NCBI GenBank assembly: GCA_964035545.1
Contig: CAXIUT010000159.1
Span: 1-30,437, forward strand
Direction of reading: 5' to 3'
DNA length: 30,437 nt
Source: Bugula neritina
Lineage: Eukaryota > Animalia > Bryozoa
Below, one piece after another: positions 11,981 to 24,743 of this stretch. Position 1 is the first letter of the stretch; each line of letters starts with the position of its first letter. Made by a program: the position numbers and the translations under genes. The notes under the pieces are model-generated. The model worked only from the letters and a program-made list of their open reading frames with translations. It made no database searches and had not been told where the DNA came from.

Positions 11981-12984
11981 ATGGATGATAAAAAAATATT
12001 GACAAGCTTTACAGTCATATCACTCATCACCATGGGGCTCGGCTTCTACAAGACATTCAAACAAAAAACAGTAGAATAAAAGAGTAATAACTCATAACTC
12101 AAAGGTCAATAAGAATAGATCAGTCGAGAACTAGAAGGATTAAATAATCTACAATCTCTCTTATCAAAAAAAGCATAATAAATATAAGTAATTAATCAAA
12201 TATTCAGCTTAAATATTAAAAGAATGCTTCTCAAATCCTTAGTGTATAGAGTTTGAAATAAATTTTACTATTTACATCAAAAATAGTAGATAATTAATAG
12301 TTAAATAGTATCTTCTCAAGTAACAGAAAAGCAAGGAGAAGTTGCTTCAATCTTATGAGAAAATCACTTGGATAAGGATTAAATTCATATCTATAAACCT
12401 ATTATAGATTTGTCTGTACTTTAGATTAGCAGGTTCAATATCTCATATAAAAAAGTCAAAAAGATTTTGTCGTCTTCCTTAATCTAGACTACTCAACTAT
12501 CACTGATTCAATAGATTATCATGCTAGTTTAACAAATAGTGACTTCCCCAATTGGATTCAAAAATGGACTTCTCATATTAAAGAATAACTTAGGTATTTT
12601 CTTAAGTGATTTAGATAGTAACTTCCTCTTTATAAACAACCAGTTTAGCCAAATATAATATTAGAAATAGTTTAATATCAAATCCAAGCTCTAACTGCTG
12701 AAGGAGATAACCTAAAATAAGCCATTGTTGATCTAAATTTATAAAATTAAGATGAACAAGAAGCCATTCCAACCTTTTTAGAATCATTTTTAGAAGATAT
12801 AGTTCAATAAAAATATCAAATATAAGTAGAACAGACAAATCTTGCTTCATAATAATTAACAAACTAACTTCAATAAAAATTTCATATTCTTTCTTAACTT
12901 AAAAATAGTGTTTTACAGCAGATGATCAATGAATAGACATCACTATAAAATGACTATTCAAGCAACTCCAATGATAGCTAATGA
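11981..12984 (+). CDS. Hypothetical N-terminally anchored helical protein
   Basis: ATG 11981, hydrophobic ILTSFTVISLITMGLGFY, introns 12188-12207 (20 nt) and 12594-12614 (21 nt), TGA 12982-12984. Confidence 0.65.
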
Positions 12985-13014
12985 TAGTTTCAGTTTATAA
13001 TAATAATATTTAAA

Positions 13015-15133
13015 ATGTTAGACTCTAATCATACCGACATCGTTAAACATGTACCTTGTCTTTAACCAAGGAAAGAGATCCAATCACCATGTATAAAAGA
13101 AAAGCTGATCATAAAAGCAATGTAAAAGCTATTACAGATGATGAAGATGGATAGTCAGCTCCTTCTCTCAAAGCTTCTTCGCAACCACCTTTGCCATAGC
13201 TCCACAAAGATAAGTACCTTTCTTTTTATTCAGAAGAAAACTCGTGATTAAACCCTTTGGACTTACCTAGAACAAAGGATCCCTCAATACATTTGTTGAG
13301 AAAGAAGTAAGACAGCACGATAATATCCTTCTCAAACGTATAATAAGTAATATGTAGAAAGAAACAATCTTCTCGCCTCTGAGAACTTAAAAATGAAAAC
13401 AAGAATAACTATTTTAGAAAAATAAAACTAACGGTTGTCAAAAAAGTTATAAAATGATTCAAGTCAACTTAAACCAGCCACATCTTATAGTACTTCAAGA
13501 GATAAATTAAAACCTGCTGACTCTACTCTCAGGACTATCATTAGAGGACTTAGAAAATAAGTCTAAGATGCTAAAAAATAAAATACAAACATAAAATCAG
13601 CAGTTAAATTTACAAGTTTAAAATAACTTTAAACTTAAAGAGACTATCTAGCAGAATAAACAATCAGACTTAGATTAAGCTTAGAAGAATAACAGTCAAG
13701 AAGAACTTCATTGAAAGTGTACTATTTATTATATATTTAGAAATCATCATGGAGTATCAAATTTATAACAAAAATTACATATCTATTCTGACAAAAATAA
13801 TCAACTTAATCGAGAATTAAAAGAAATGACTTAAAAATATAGAAAATTATAATAATCTTCTTCTAAAAATAATCGTTTTATAGAAAATGATAAAAAAGCA
13901 TCAAAAGCTCTACAAACAGCTAATTTAAAGATAAGATAATTATAGAATGAAATTTAACATCTAAAATCTAATAATAAGATAAATAATTCACTAAATAATG
14001 GACATTTTTTGCAACAAACTCCAAAATAAAATAAATTTGAAATAAAAAGACAATCAGTTGATAGAAAACATAGAAATCAACATAGCAATTAAAAAAATAA
14101 TACCATTTGCCAAAAATGTAATAAATTATAAAATTAAAATAAACAACTCATTTAAAAAATAAAAAAATATTAAAAATAACTCTAACAAGGAAAAGGTAAT
14201 TATACATAACTACCTAAAGGACCCATAGCATAAGTAAAAACATAATAAGTTTAATAATTAGTCAGATTTATTACCATGAGATTCAAAGCTCATCGATTAA
14301 ATCTATAATAATCATAAAAGTATTTGATTAATTGTGAAGGATAACTCAATGAAAACTAAAAAAATAAAAATATCACAGTCAGATAATTAATGGAAAGTCT
14401 TTTTGTTGAACCTTTTTGCATTTTAAGCAATAGATATATTGAAATATTACTTGCTAAACTTGCATATCCTGACTCAAAGGGTGCCATTGAAATCGATGAT
14501 CATTTCCAAGTCAAAAAAGGAAGTATTCTATCTGCTTATAAAAAATTAATCCCCTAGCATGCCATCATGAACCAATAAAAATAGTAATAAATGTTCATTC
14601 AAGTTGCTTAGTTAATCACTAGTTACTATCAACAAATTTTAGCAGCTTTAACAGCAAAAAGAAACGGATAAGGTACCATAGATTAAACTTCTTTCATTTA
14701 ATTCTTTAAAGAAATTGAACTAGAGTAAGAATATATTAATTTTATCATCACTCAGATTATTCTTTAAAGTTTAGATATGAATCATTTGAACTTTTTTGCC
14801 ATGTTTTAAATTTTTTATATGCCACAAATGTCTAATAGATCTGAAAATGGAAAAATAACCAAAAAGAAATTTGAAGTATAGCACTAACAAATCGTTCAAG
14901 AAGAAGATTAAGAGTTTTAAGAATCTAAATCTCATATGGGCAGTAGAAATAAAACTCTTTAAAATAAAGAAAAAGAAGAAAAAGATGAATAGTATTAATT
15001 CTAGGAAGAGTTAGACAATATTGAAGATACTAAAGAAAAAGAAGTTAAGAAAGACAATAAAAAATAAGTTTAATAAATATATTAATAAGAATTTGAAGAA
15101 AAGATTGCAGTTTAGGAAGAAATAGTCAACTGA
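13015..15133 (+). CDS. Long coiled-coil protein with degenerate EF-hand-like C-terminal region and acidic tail
   Basis: Several ~20-nt introns in the 5' part (e.g. gtaccttgtctttaaccaag, gtacctttctttttattcag); coiled coil KFTSLKELETERDYLAEETIRLR; KRNGEGTIDETSF; tail EEDEEFEE...IYEEEFEEK; TGA 15131-15133. Confidence 0.6.
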
Positions 15134-15227
15134 AGTTGATCTAATAACATCAATATTACATTTATACAATATTTAAGACACATTAACTCGATCTAATTGG
15201 TAAGATACAATAAATAAATAAGAGATA

Positions 15228-15470
15228 ATGAACGATTTTGATGAACTAAGAACTAAAAAAACCATACATGGAGCAACAGCAGGCTACTCAACTGTAAATG
15301 TTCTGGGAAATATTATCTATGCCGGAATGCGAGCTCAAGGAAGTGATAATAAACTGGGAAGATTTTTTTCATTTGTGGCTGGATTTCCTGGCACTCTTGT
15401 CACTTATTTTGTTGTCGAATAAGGAAGCTAAAGAGCATATGGAGTCGATTTACCTCGCAGAAAGCCTTGA
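15228..15470 (+). CDS. Small (80 aa) Gly-rich hydrophobic protein
   Basis: Intronless ATG 15228 to TGA 15468-15470: ...GRFFSFVAGFPGTLVTYFVVEEGSERAYGVDLPRRKP. Confidence 0.75.
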
Positions 15471-15581
15471 TATCCTCAAGAAATTTCTTATTATTCTATT
15501 TAAGATCTTTTCTTAGTTATCCTATATTTCCCGATGAATTAAATCAGTTAAGTTTTATTGATCAGAATTGATTTTATTACA

Positions 15582-16202
15582 ATGAACGGATTCGCTATTG
15601 TACATGGCTATTGCAACAACTGCTTTGCTCCTCATAGTTTTTAAGGTTATAACCCTCCAAACTTCATAAACTGTTGTTCCTGTGGAAAGCCCAATGGAGT
15701 GAGATACACCAACTAGATTCCATTTACAGCTTTTTGTACTGGATGTTTTGCTTAACATAACACTCATGAAGTGATCAAAGATAAACTAGACTGTAAAAAA
15801 TGTGGAAAAAAGAAAGCTCTTGCTTTCAAAAAAGATGAACCCTTTATCTCTATCTGTTCTAAATGCTACAGAGAATATATGACTCATTAGAATATCAATA
15901 CATTCGCTAAATGTCCAAGTTGCGGACAGTTCAACGGCTTGAAATTTAAAAAGAAAGCAGGAGACGAACCTTATGTAGCATATTGTACTGAATGCTTCAC
16001 TGAACATAAGACTTATTAAAAAATATCTACTTTTGCTAGATGCACTAGATGTAATCAATTTAATGGTCTTAAGTTTTCAAAAGATCCTCCAGCCTTCGCA
16101 ATTTGTCCTAACTGTGGCTATTACTTCAGAGCTCATCACTACAAAAACTCACATAAATGTCCCAATTGCAATAAACCCGATTCCTTGAAGTTCAAAAAAT
16201 GA
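15582..16202 (+). CDS. Protein made of five tandem C4 zinc-ribbon repeats, 206 aa
   Basis: Ten CxxC pairs in five ~40-aa units, e.g. CTECFTEHKTYEKISTFARCTRCNQFNGLKF; intronless; TGA 16200-16202. Confidence 0.85.
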
Positions 16203-16250
16203 TAGTTTATTCATTAAAATAAGTATAGATGATAGGTTAATAATGCGATA

Positions 16251-17511
16251 TCATTGATAGAATTTATACTTAGAACCGTAAGCAAATTCCTTTAGATCTC
16301 TTTTTGGTTTTCTCACTGGAGCCTATACTGGTTCAGGATGGAAGAATAGACTTTCCTCATAGACCATATTTTGAAGTATATCCTTTGTAGGTTTAAAGTT
16401 ATCCCAATTCCAATCAAATGACTTCTTGCTAATTATCTATTGCTCTTCTTCATGAAGACCATCGAAATAAGGATGAGCCAAACACTCTTCAACTGTATAT
16501 CGCTTATCAGGATTAAAAGTCAACATCTTAGTCAGCAAGTCAGCTGCTGTAGGCTTGATGTTAGGAAAGAGTTTGTCCCAGTTTTGTTTTGACCTCTTTG
16601 GTAGAGACTTGATGTATTTAATGGCGTTATCGTTTCCTAAAATAAATATCAATTTACCTATATACTTCATATCATCGTTATTTGGAGTACCCAAAACAGA
16701 TATGATACGCTGCACTTGATCTAGGAAGTCTTCTCCTGGAAACAAAGGTTGTCTTCCCAACAACTCTGCCAGGATACACCCTGTAGACCAGATATCAACG
16801 GCTTTAGTATACTCACTGGCATTCAGAATGACTTCAGGAGCTCTATACCATCTAGTAACCACATATTCAGTCTTCTCTTCTTCCTCTTCAACATATCCTC
16901 TTGCCAAACCCAAATCACAAATTTTAAGATCACAACTTTTATTCTTTTATTAACACAAAAATACCAAGAGCAAGTTGCTAGGCTTGATATCACGATGAAT
17001 GACATTAGCTGAATGCATGAACAACAGTCCACTTAGAATCTGATAAACAAAATACTGAATATGGTCTTCACTCAAATCCTGACGGGAGTAGATCACTCGG
17101 TGTAAATCAGTTTCCATTAAATCAGTAATGATATAGATGTCAACATAACCTTTTCTTGCCTCAGGCTTCAGAATATCAACCAACTTGATGACATTATTAT
17201 GTTAGAAAAACCCTATATAAATCAGCAAGTACTTAGAAGTTTGATCTCCCGGACTATTCTCTTGGCATCAATCAAGTCCTAGAAAGCATTAATCACCTAT
17301 ATTAGACTAGAAGTACCTTTTTAATAGCTACTTTCTTGTTTGTCTAACGGTTCAAGGCAGAAGCGACCACGCCATATGCGCCCGACCCGACCTGTTTGAT
17401 GATTTCATATTTCTCATCAATAACGAAGGGAGTTCCCCCAACTTCGTATAGAACTCGACCTTTGGGAACTGGTATTTTTCCCTCCTTACCATGCTTTTAT
17501 CCTTTATGCAT
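16251..17511 (-). CDS. Mitogen-activated protein kinase, TEY (ERK/plant-like) type
   Basis: VGSGAYGVV, VAIKK, AKRIVREIKLL, HRDIKPSNLL, DFGLAR, TEYVVTRWYRAPE; introns 17297-17316, 17213-17232, 16944-16964, 16637-16657; TGA 16251-16253. Confidence 0.97.
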
Positions 17512-17727
17512 TTAACTAAATATTATCGATTTTGAAAACTACCGATAAAATGCTATACAGTCAATTAATCAAACCAAGAATTAAACCTAAAAATTATCTT
17601 AACTGATTAAAAATAATTTTTTTGAATAACAATAACCGCTCCAATCATATATCTTTCCAAATATATATTTGTATAATACTTGATATAATATTAAATATAA
17701 GATAATAGATATAGAAGCTTCAATCAC

Positions 17728-19029
17728 TCAATGATACCTTGCATTCTGAAAAGACTCTAACAGTCTCATTTGTTCTTCCAAAAAGTGAGGATTAACAGCC
17801 ATCTCTTCAACATTGTACTCTTGATAATTATTTCGATCGATATTGTTGTCAGGATTCATACTTCTTTAAAGAGCTAGCTTCAATTCTTCATCTTCTCCCT
17901 CAGTCATATAGTTTTGCTGTCTCTAGACTCTTTAGTGCATGTAATTTTGTTATTCTCTTGGAATTCCTTCAGTCATTCTATTCCTCTTTGGTGGCTTTGG
18001 AAGTAAAGGAATCAAGTGTTCAAAAGTACTATTTGGATTGTATTCAGTGCTAACAGACTCAATTATTTTATTTTTATCTTCTTTAGAGCTTTTACTTTCT
18101 TTATAGTTACAGTTCAGCAACTCTTCCAAACTATGTTTCGATGCAGATTAAATATTTCTGTTTATAGTGATATTTGGGTTACTTAATTCTGTATTAGTCT
18201 GTGTATGTATATTTTAGTTTAGTTTATCTGGTTTCACATAGTCTAAATATTCGTTTTGAACAAGCTCTTTATTTATTTTCTAATTCTTAAAGATAGGTGC
18301 TTCTTATTAAATATTTTTATTCATATTAGTTTCTTTACGATTATATATGTTTCCTTCATTGTGTTTGATTTTTATATTCTTAAGCCACTCACTTGATCCA
18401 ACTTTAATATTTTACTCAATACCTGCTTATTTTAGAGGTTTTTCCTATATTTTCTAGCCTTATTTATATTCATTTCCTTTTGATTATATTTAAAGAGGTT
18501 ATTATTTGATTTATCCCTACATATTACTGTCATAACTTATTTCATTGCTTTCATTGTCTTCTGGATAATGTAAGTAATCATCGTAGTAATCATCAAAAAT
18601 CTGATATTTATAAATTTCTTTTATTCCATGTCCTTTACAAGTTTATAGATGCTTTTTATACTCTTTAGTAAACAATAGCTCATCACACTTCTTACAATTG
18701 ACTTTTCTGGTTTCACATTACCTCATATGCTAGTTAATCATTACTTTCGGATAATCTTATTAACAAAATTTGCAAAGAATAAGTTGTTTGTCACAATAAG
18801 GTTAATGCTATTACAATTTTCTTGGAGTTAAAGTGCCTTTGCAGTAGCAGCAAGGGATCAAAACATGAAAAGCTTAATAGTGTTCTTATTTTGCATTTAC
18901 ATCATAGAACTATTCGCAAAATTAACATATTTTAATGTTTTTAACGCAATAGGGATAATGTGTGCTGATAATATTTTAAGGATAATATTTCAAACAGTTG
19001 CTGCAGAGTATGATATCCGAATCTTCCAT
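17728..19029 (-). CDS. XAF1/TRAFD1-like TRAF-type zinc-finger protein with a C-terminal UIM-like motif
   Basis: N-terminal CxxC-x11-H-x3-C repeats (CSNC...HYPYC, CEFC...EEH, CCYC...HEPYC, CKFC...HMREC, CKKC...HLETC) and EDEELKLALERSM; 1302 nt, divisible by 3. Confidence 0.8.
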
Positions 19030-19261
19030 CTAAAATTCAAATTATATATTATATAAACAATTTCTTACTTTTAACGTTGCTTATATTTAAAAATAAACAT
19101 CAAGTTTTATAAAATAGTCTATAAAAAAAAACATCAACAAAATTCAACCTTAAAAGTCAAAATAATACTGAATATCGATGATTAGTTATTTATTTGTATT
19201 TTTTTATTTTATAGCTTAGATTTTTTAATACTTATTTGAACTCGATATAATTAAAGAGTTA

Positions 19262-20308
19262 ATGAGTCATAAATCAGATTATACTGTCAGATTATACTCC
19301 GGAGAGGATTCAGATTATTTAAATCAATTTTTTTATTCATCTGATAGCCATTGTAAATTAATCTTCATTTAGCTAATATTTCAGATCCTTCTCTTTACTA
19401 AGATATCATTGAATAAAAAAAAATAACGTCACAAAATCATGAATAAATTTAAGAAGAATAATCGAAAGAAGTAAAATCAAGGACTAAAAGTTAAAAATAA
19501 AACGAAAAACCAAAAAAATAGAAAAGAAATTCACAAAATATTTCTAACAACATCAGTCGTCACTTACAATCAGTTGTCCCTAAAATATTAAGCAAACGTA
19601 GGAGATCCAAATCTGAATTAAAATAAATGACAGAGTAATTTATTAATTATCTGGATCAAGTCAAAGGGAAAAGTGGTCAACTAATTATCTCTCATACTTA
19701 TCGATTCATGAGATAGAAAGAAGCCTCTTCAAATCAAATTCTTGAACTTCAAAGAGACCTTACTACTTATCTTAACAGACAACTAAGAAAATCGAAAACC
19801 TCAAGATAATATTCAAATAAAGAGAAAAATATTTATGAGGAAAAAATTGAAATACACAAAAGATTACTTGACCATTGCTCAATGAAATATCCTCAAAATC
19901 TTGATGAATAATAATTAAAAATGATTTGTTCTGGTCTTTATAAAAATCGCCAGAAAATCGGAATTGAAAAACCTTTGAAAATGATAAAGTAGCGCCAAGA
20001 TCTAAAGGTAGAAAGAAAGGATGTCAAAAAAAGCGAATAAAACATCGAAAATGAATGATGAAACATATTCGATATTATCAAATATTCTTAAATACTTATC
20101 ACTTTAAAAATATATAAACAATAACACTTAAAACAATATTTGTCAATTGATGTTTATGAAGAATCCTCTAACCAAGCTTATGCTTTTGATTAATTTATAA
20201 ATAGCTATTCTTAAGCTCTATTAATAGAAAGATCAAGTTCTTAAAAATAGATTTATCTATAAAATAATAAGATTAATAAATAACATTAATCTATTAAATC
20301 TTTTATGA
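19262..20308 (+). CDS. Hypothetical basic helical protein
   Basis: ATG 19262, intron 19353-19372. Either stops at TGA 20056-20058 or continues through a 19-nt intron or indel (~19989-20007) to TGA 20306-20308. Confidence 0.5.
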
Positions 20309-20401
20309 TTTTTTATTTGATTCTCACAGACAAGTAAATTTTACTCGTTTTTCTAGTTAATTGTAAATTTAAAAACATTCTTTATATTTTTCTTTTAATA
20401 A

Positions 20402-21100
20402 ATGTAAAAAAAAAGAGTGTTAATAATAGCATTAAGTTTGCTAGTCATCTACAGTTTGTTTACTTTAGTTAACCTAGTCATTCACTACTCTAAACAACTT
20501 TAACAATCCTCCCTTATCAGATTCAATTACTTTATAGCTGCTCATTTTCTTTTTCTAGTATCGTTAGGAACATTCTTCTACTTAAAAGAATTCCACAAGT
20601 ATGTCGTGGTTATTTTCTTCTTTTTACTCACTATTGCCATCTTGTTTACAGCTTGTTAGTCAGTGGTCAAAAAAACAAAATCAACTAAAGATGATGTGGA
20701 TTATCTCATAAAGAAATGGGATCATTACAAAAAATCATCATAAAAAACATATCTAAGTATATACTATCTCACCTATACATACTCTATTATCGGATCGGTC
20801 ATGCTAGGACTTTTCTTATTTGTTCGATTTCTCATTGTAAGATGGTATCAACAACAGATAATCCGGGAACTATTGTCCCATGTAACACAAATAACCTCTT
20901 TGGAGAACCATAAAGGAGAATAATGCAAAATCTGTTAAATTAACTTAGAATAAAGCAAATAGAAAGTTTATGAGCTCAACAACTGTCATCATATTTTTCA
21001 CAGCAGCTGTATTTAATAATGGATTAATTACAGCAGAAATTGTCCCTCATGTTAATCAAAAGTATTCAACTAGCGTCACAGCTACTTTCTGGATCAATGA
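20402..21100 (+). CDS. Multi-pass membrane RING-H2 E3 ubiquitin ligase
   Basis: About four hydrophobic segments, then CKIC...CHHIFHSSCIEEWINYSRNCPSC; 699 nt, intronless. Confidence 0.88.
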
Positions 21101-21133
21101 TCTTTATAATCACTAAAATAATGTAAATAGCTA

Positions 21134-22601
21134 TCATTGAGTACACAACTTAAAATCGAAACTTGTTAACACGATTCCCATCGCAATGAAATTCGATAAA
21201 GGACTCCCAATTTCAAAATGGAACTGATGAGGAGCTGTCTTGCAAAACAAAAGAATATCTTCATCAGGATTAGTATCATCAACGAGGATCATGTTTTTTA
21301 TTGATCCCTCTCTACTTTTGCCTTTAAAATTCATCACATAACATCCATTTCTCTCACTCCATCTAGGATCCTTAGTCACCAGTTTAATTATCTTTTTATC
21401 TGCATGACTTATCGCATTTTAATACTATTCCTTTAAGTTTATCTTTCGATTCATCTCATTCTATGGCATTTCATTGAATATTGGATTTTTGAAATATACA
21501 GTCATTTTTCTACAACTAGAAGAACAACAGCTGATAGAAGAATGATAGCATATGGTCGCTATCAATTCATGGGAGACATTAGTATGTTCATAAAGATTAA
21601 ATTCTGATCCAGAGAAATTTCCTTGAAGATAACCTATATAAGCCTACCCCTTATCTTAAAAGTTATTTTAAGATGCAGTCAAATGATAGTATGAATTGAT
21701 ATGTCCAAATTGCTTTTTTGCATTCATAACAAATCCTCCATTTTTCAATGTTAAACTGTATTGAGGATTAATAAAGCTATGACAACACATTTTCTATCGA
21801 ATAAAATCAAATTAACATAATTAGTTTGATGCGATAGGCATTTTAATGTAGGAACAACGAGTAGCAAGGTTCTCGAGTTTAGATTAGTCACCTTAGTAAA
21901 ATATAAAATCTGAAGATTAGTGAGATATTGTCTTTTTATGATTTTTGTTTTTATTGTTTTCAGTCATGAGCTACATACGATGATTTTCAGATGAATCAGA
22001 AACTTGTATCATGAAAACTTTTGAAGGATTTTTTTGCATTATTTTTTGGTTTCAACTTATTTAAAGTTTCATTTTTGTCATTATGTAAAGCATAGTTTTG
22101 ATACCTTTCTGCCTTAGTTACTTTGGAAATCGGTTAAACGCTTGGAGAAACTGTACTTTCTTTTGAATCAGCCAATATAGTTGAACTTCCAATATATTGA
22201 TCTTTTTAACGAGTATTTTAACTTTTTTCAACTTTATAGTCAAAAGGATGAGACTATGATTTAATTCTATCTTGACCTTCTGGTACTTTCCTTTTGTTTT
22301 AAGGACTTTAGTCGACTTATTGAATAATCAAAGCATTAGATGGTTCCATAAATGACCTTTTTCTTTTCCTAGCGTTTGATTTTTCTTTTTATTTATTAAC
22401 AGAGACCCCAGAACCAACTTCAATATGAGTAAAACTTTGAGGGAACTCTGGTGCTAAAAATTAATTGTTTCTTGATTAATCAGATCTTCCATCAATTTAA
22501 AGTTCATTTGGATATTAGACCTGTCCAAAGTGATTTTGACTTGGATATTTCTTTTTAACGATCACATCATTACCTTCTCTAATAGATTTTGCTTTTGACA
22601 T
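21134..22601 (-). CDS. Tubby-domain protein
   Basis: YIGYLQGNFSGSEFNLY, RKMTVY and TKDPRWSERNGCYVMNFKGKSREGSIKNMIL...FDFKLCTQ (Tubby C-terminus); low-complexity N-terminus with at least one frame break near 22050-22220. Confidence 0.85.
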
Positions 22602-22952
22602 CTTTTATCAATAAGTTATAAGTTATATCAATCATTTAATCAGACGATTATATATGTTCATATCATATCCAAATGAGGTAATACTAACAGTTAACACATA
22701 AAATATCTAACATTTATAGATGATTTATAAAAATTAACTCATTATTACTATTTTTTATGAACTTTATCTGTTAAGCATTAATCTTGATTTTCAAATCTTT
22801 TCTAAAATATTCGAAAGAAAGTTAATTTATGTGATTTCCTCCAATTTGGCTCAAAATTATGTTATTCATTCATAAATTTCGTAAATAATACTTATTGATA
22901 AATAACGATATAATAAATATTTCATGTCATTAATATAAGTTTATTCAATTTA

Positions 22953-24163
22953 TCATTTATTATCGAAAACTAACAATTGCTCCTGAACATATTTATAACG
23001 ATTCAAAACGATAGGAATATTAGAAGATTCACTACTTACCTATTTCTCCTCGTTTTACTTGGGAATCGATTTAGGAATCTATCCCGTCAAAGGCTTTATC
23101 AAAAATGTTTTAATAAAAGTTGAATGAAGCAATAAAAACTAATTATATGCTATTAGAACCTCATTGTAATGTCTAGTCAGCTAAGCCGTACAACTACAAT
23201 ACTCTCTTATTTTAGAATTGTCCTAAAAATACTTAATCAGTTAGAGATGATTCTTAGTCATGCTTTTTTTGAACTTTTACTGAAGTTTTTATCTATTTCC
23301 TTTATATGAAATCCCAAATCCTTTTTAAAATATTTGAAAAGAAGGATTATTGCCTCCATTTTATCCATTAGAACTCAATGCCTGATTTTTACCTTAATCA
23401 ATACCTTAAAATATTAATTAGTAAAATCCTGATAACATAAAATGAAGCTAATTCACAAAAAACTCCTCATCAAACTCATACAATATCCTCCGATTTTATT
23501 ATATTAATCTATTCCAGTATGTTTTACACTTATTCAAACGATTTATAACTTATTTTATTCAAAAGGAGTATTTTAAATAATCACATTCATCTCATACATT
23601 TGTTTCATGATTTTTGCTAAATAGAAGGAACTGATAATCTATCCACCAAAATATAGCTTCTATGACTTATGATTCAAAGTTAAGAAAGACCTTAAATCAA
23701 AATCATTATATCCAAAATTGTCTGTTTTGTATTGCTAATTTTTAGGAATCCAGTTATATTCTTGACCCATAGTCATTCCATATTTTACTCCAATTTGTTC
23801 AGAAGAAACATACAGAGGAAAAGCTATATTTTTAGGCAAAATAGTTTCAGTTATATCTTCTTGAGCTTTCATACAATATTGCAATAATTTTTGAACAAAA
23901 AAGACCATTGAATCATGAAGTATTCTCATATCCATATTACTGCGCTCTTATTTAAGCTATATATCAGGAATAATATTTATGAGCTACTTTATTTATTTAG
24001 GAGTTTGATACTGATGAAGTTTTAAGAGAAAAGGCTTTATCTTTTAGAAATTAAATGATGTTATCTGGTAAGTTGGTTTGAAAAGTACTCCCAAATCAGG
24101 ATCCATGTCGTATTTTTGAATGAAATCAGACCATTTTCCAAACAACTATTAAACTTTTTACAT
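22953..24163 (-). CDS. Divergent indoleamine 2,3-dioxygenase (IDO)-fold heme protein
   Basis: ILPKNIAFPLYVSSEQIG...YNW, FFVNELHFMLSGF, LIFEG, SMTKNH...KIREYC and YNEVLIAYNEFLLLHSTFIKTFLIKP are colinear with IDO motifs. Span is 3n+2, matching one missing A near 23550. Confidence 0.72.
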
Positions 24164-24249
24164 TATCTATATCAGGAAAGATAATTATATATTGTCAAAT
24201 ATGATAAAATGAGATATAATTAATGATAAATAATTCAAAAATATTAATA

Positions 24250-24709
24250 TCACCTAGTTTGTACAGCTTTATTAATATCAGCCATTCCCTTTCCAACTAA
24301 AACCATCAAAACTATTTTAAGCAAATTAACAACACTAAAACATAATATTCCAAACACATGCAAAGCCCTCATAGTCTGCCACACAGAATTCCCATTATCA
24401 TTTTTAACCCAAATTCTAATTTCCGTAAAAACAAATATAAAATCCATAACAACCAAAATAACCAATATCCCCATCATCTACCTTAACCTTAATATACCAA
24501 TTTAAGCTAATACAACTCCTTTCGAATTTGCCCCACAAAATAACAAACAAAAACCAACAAGAAATTATAATCCGATCTCACCAAACAACCAAACAACGAC
24601 ACATACTATGTATTTAATTCAATACCAAAATAGCCAAGCATAACATATCGATTCTATGATCAAGAGATTGGTCTAAAGAATGGGTCTTCCGTAACGATTA
24701 TCTATACAT
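24250..24709 (-). CDS. Small four-TM membrane protein
   Basis: ATG 24709; two 20-nt introns (gtattgaattaaatacatag, gtatattaaggttaaggtag); four hydrophobic segments; TGA 24250-24252. Confidence 0.75.
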
Positions 24710-24743
24710 TTTTTTAATATTATAAAAATCAAGATAAAATAAA

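Noticed and set aside
4868-21100. Functional ubiquitin gene cluster (USP, UIM zinc finger, RING)
   Set aside because: The genes lie on different telomere-delimited segments and belong to very large families; co-occurrence is expected by chance.
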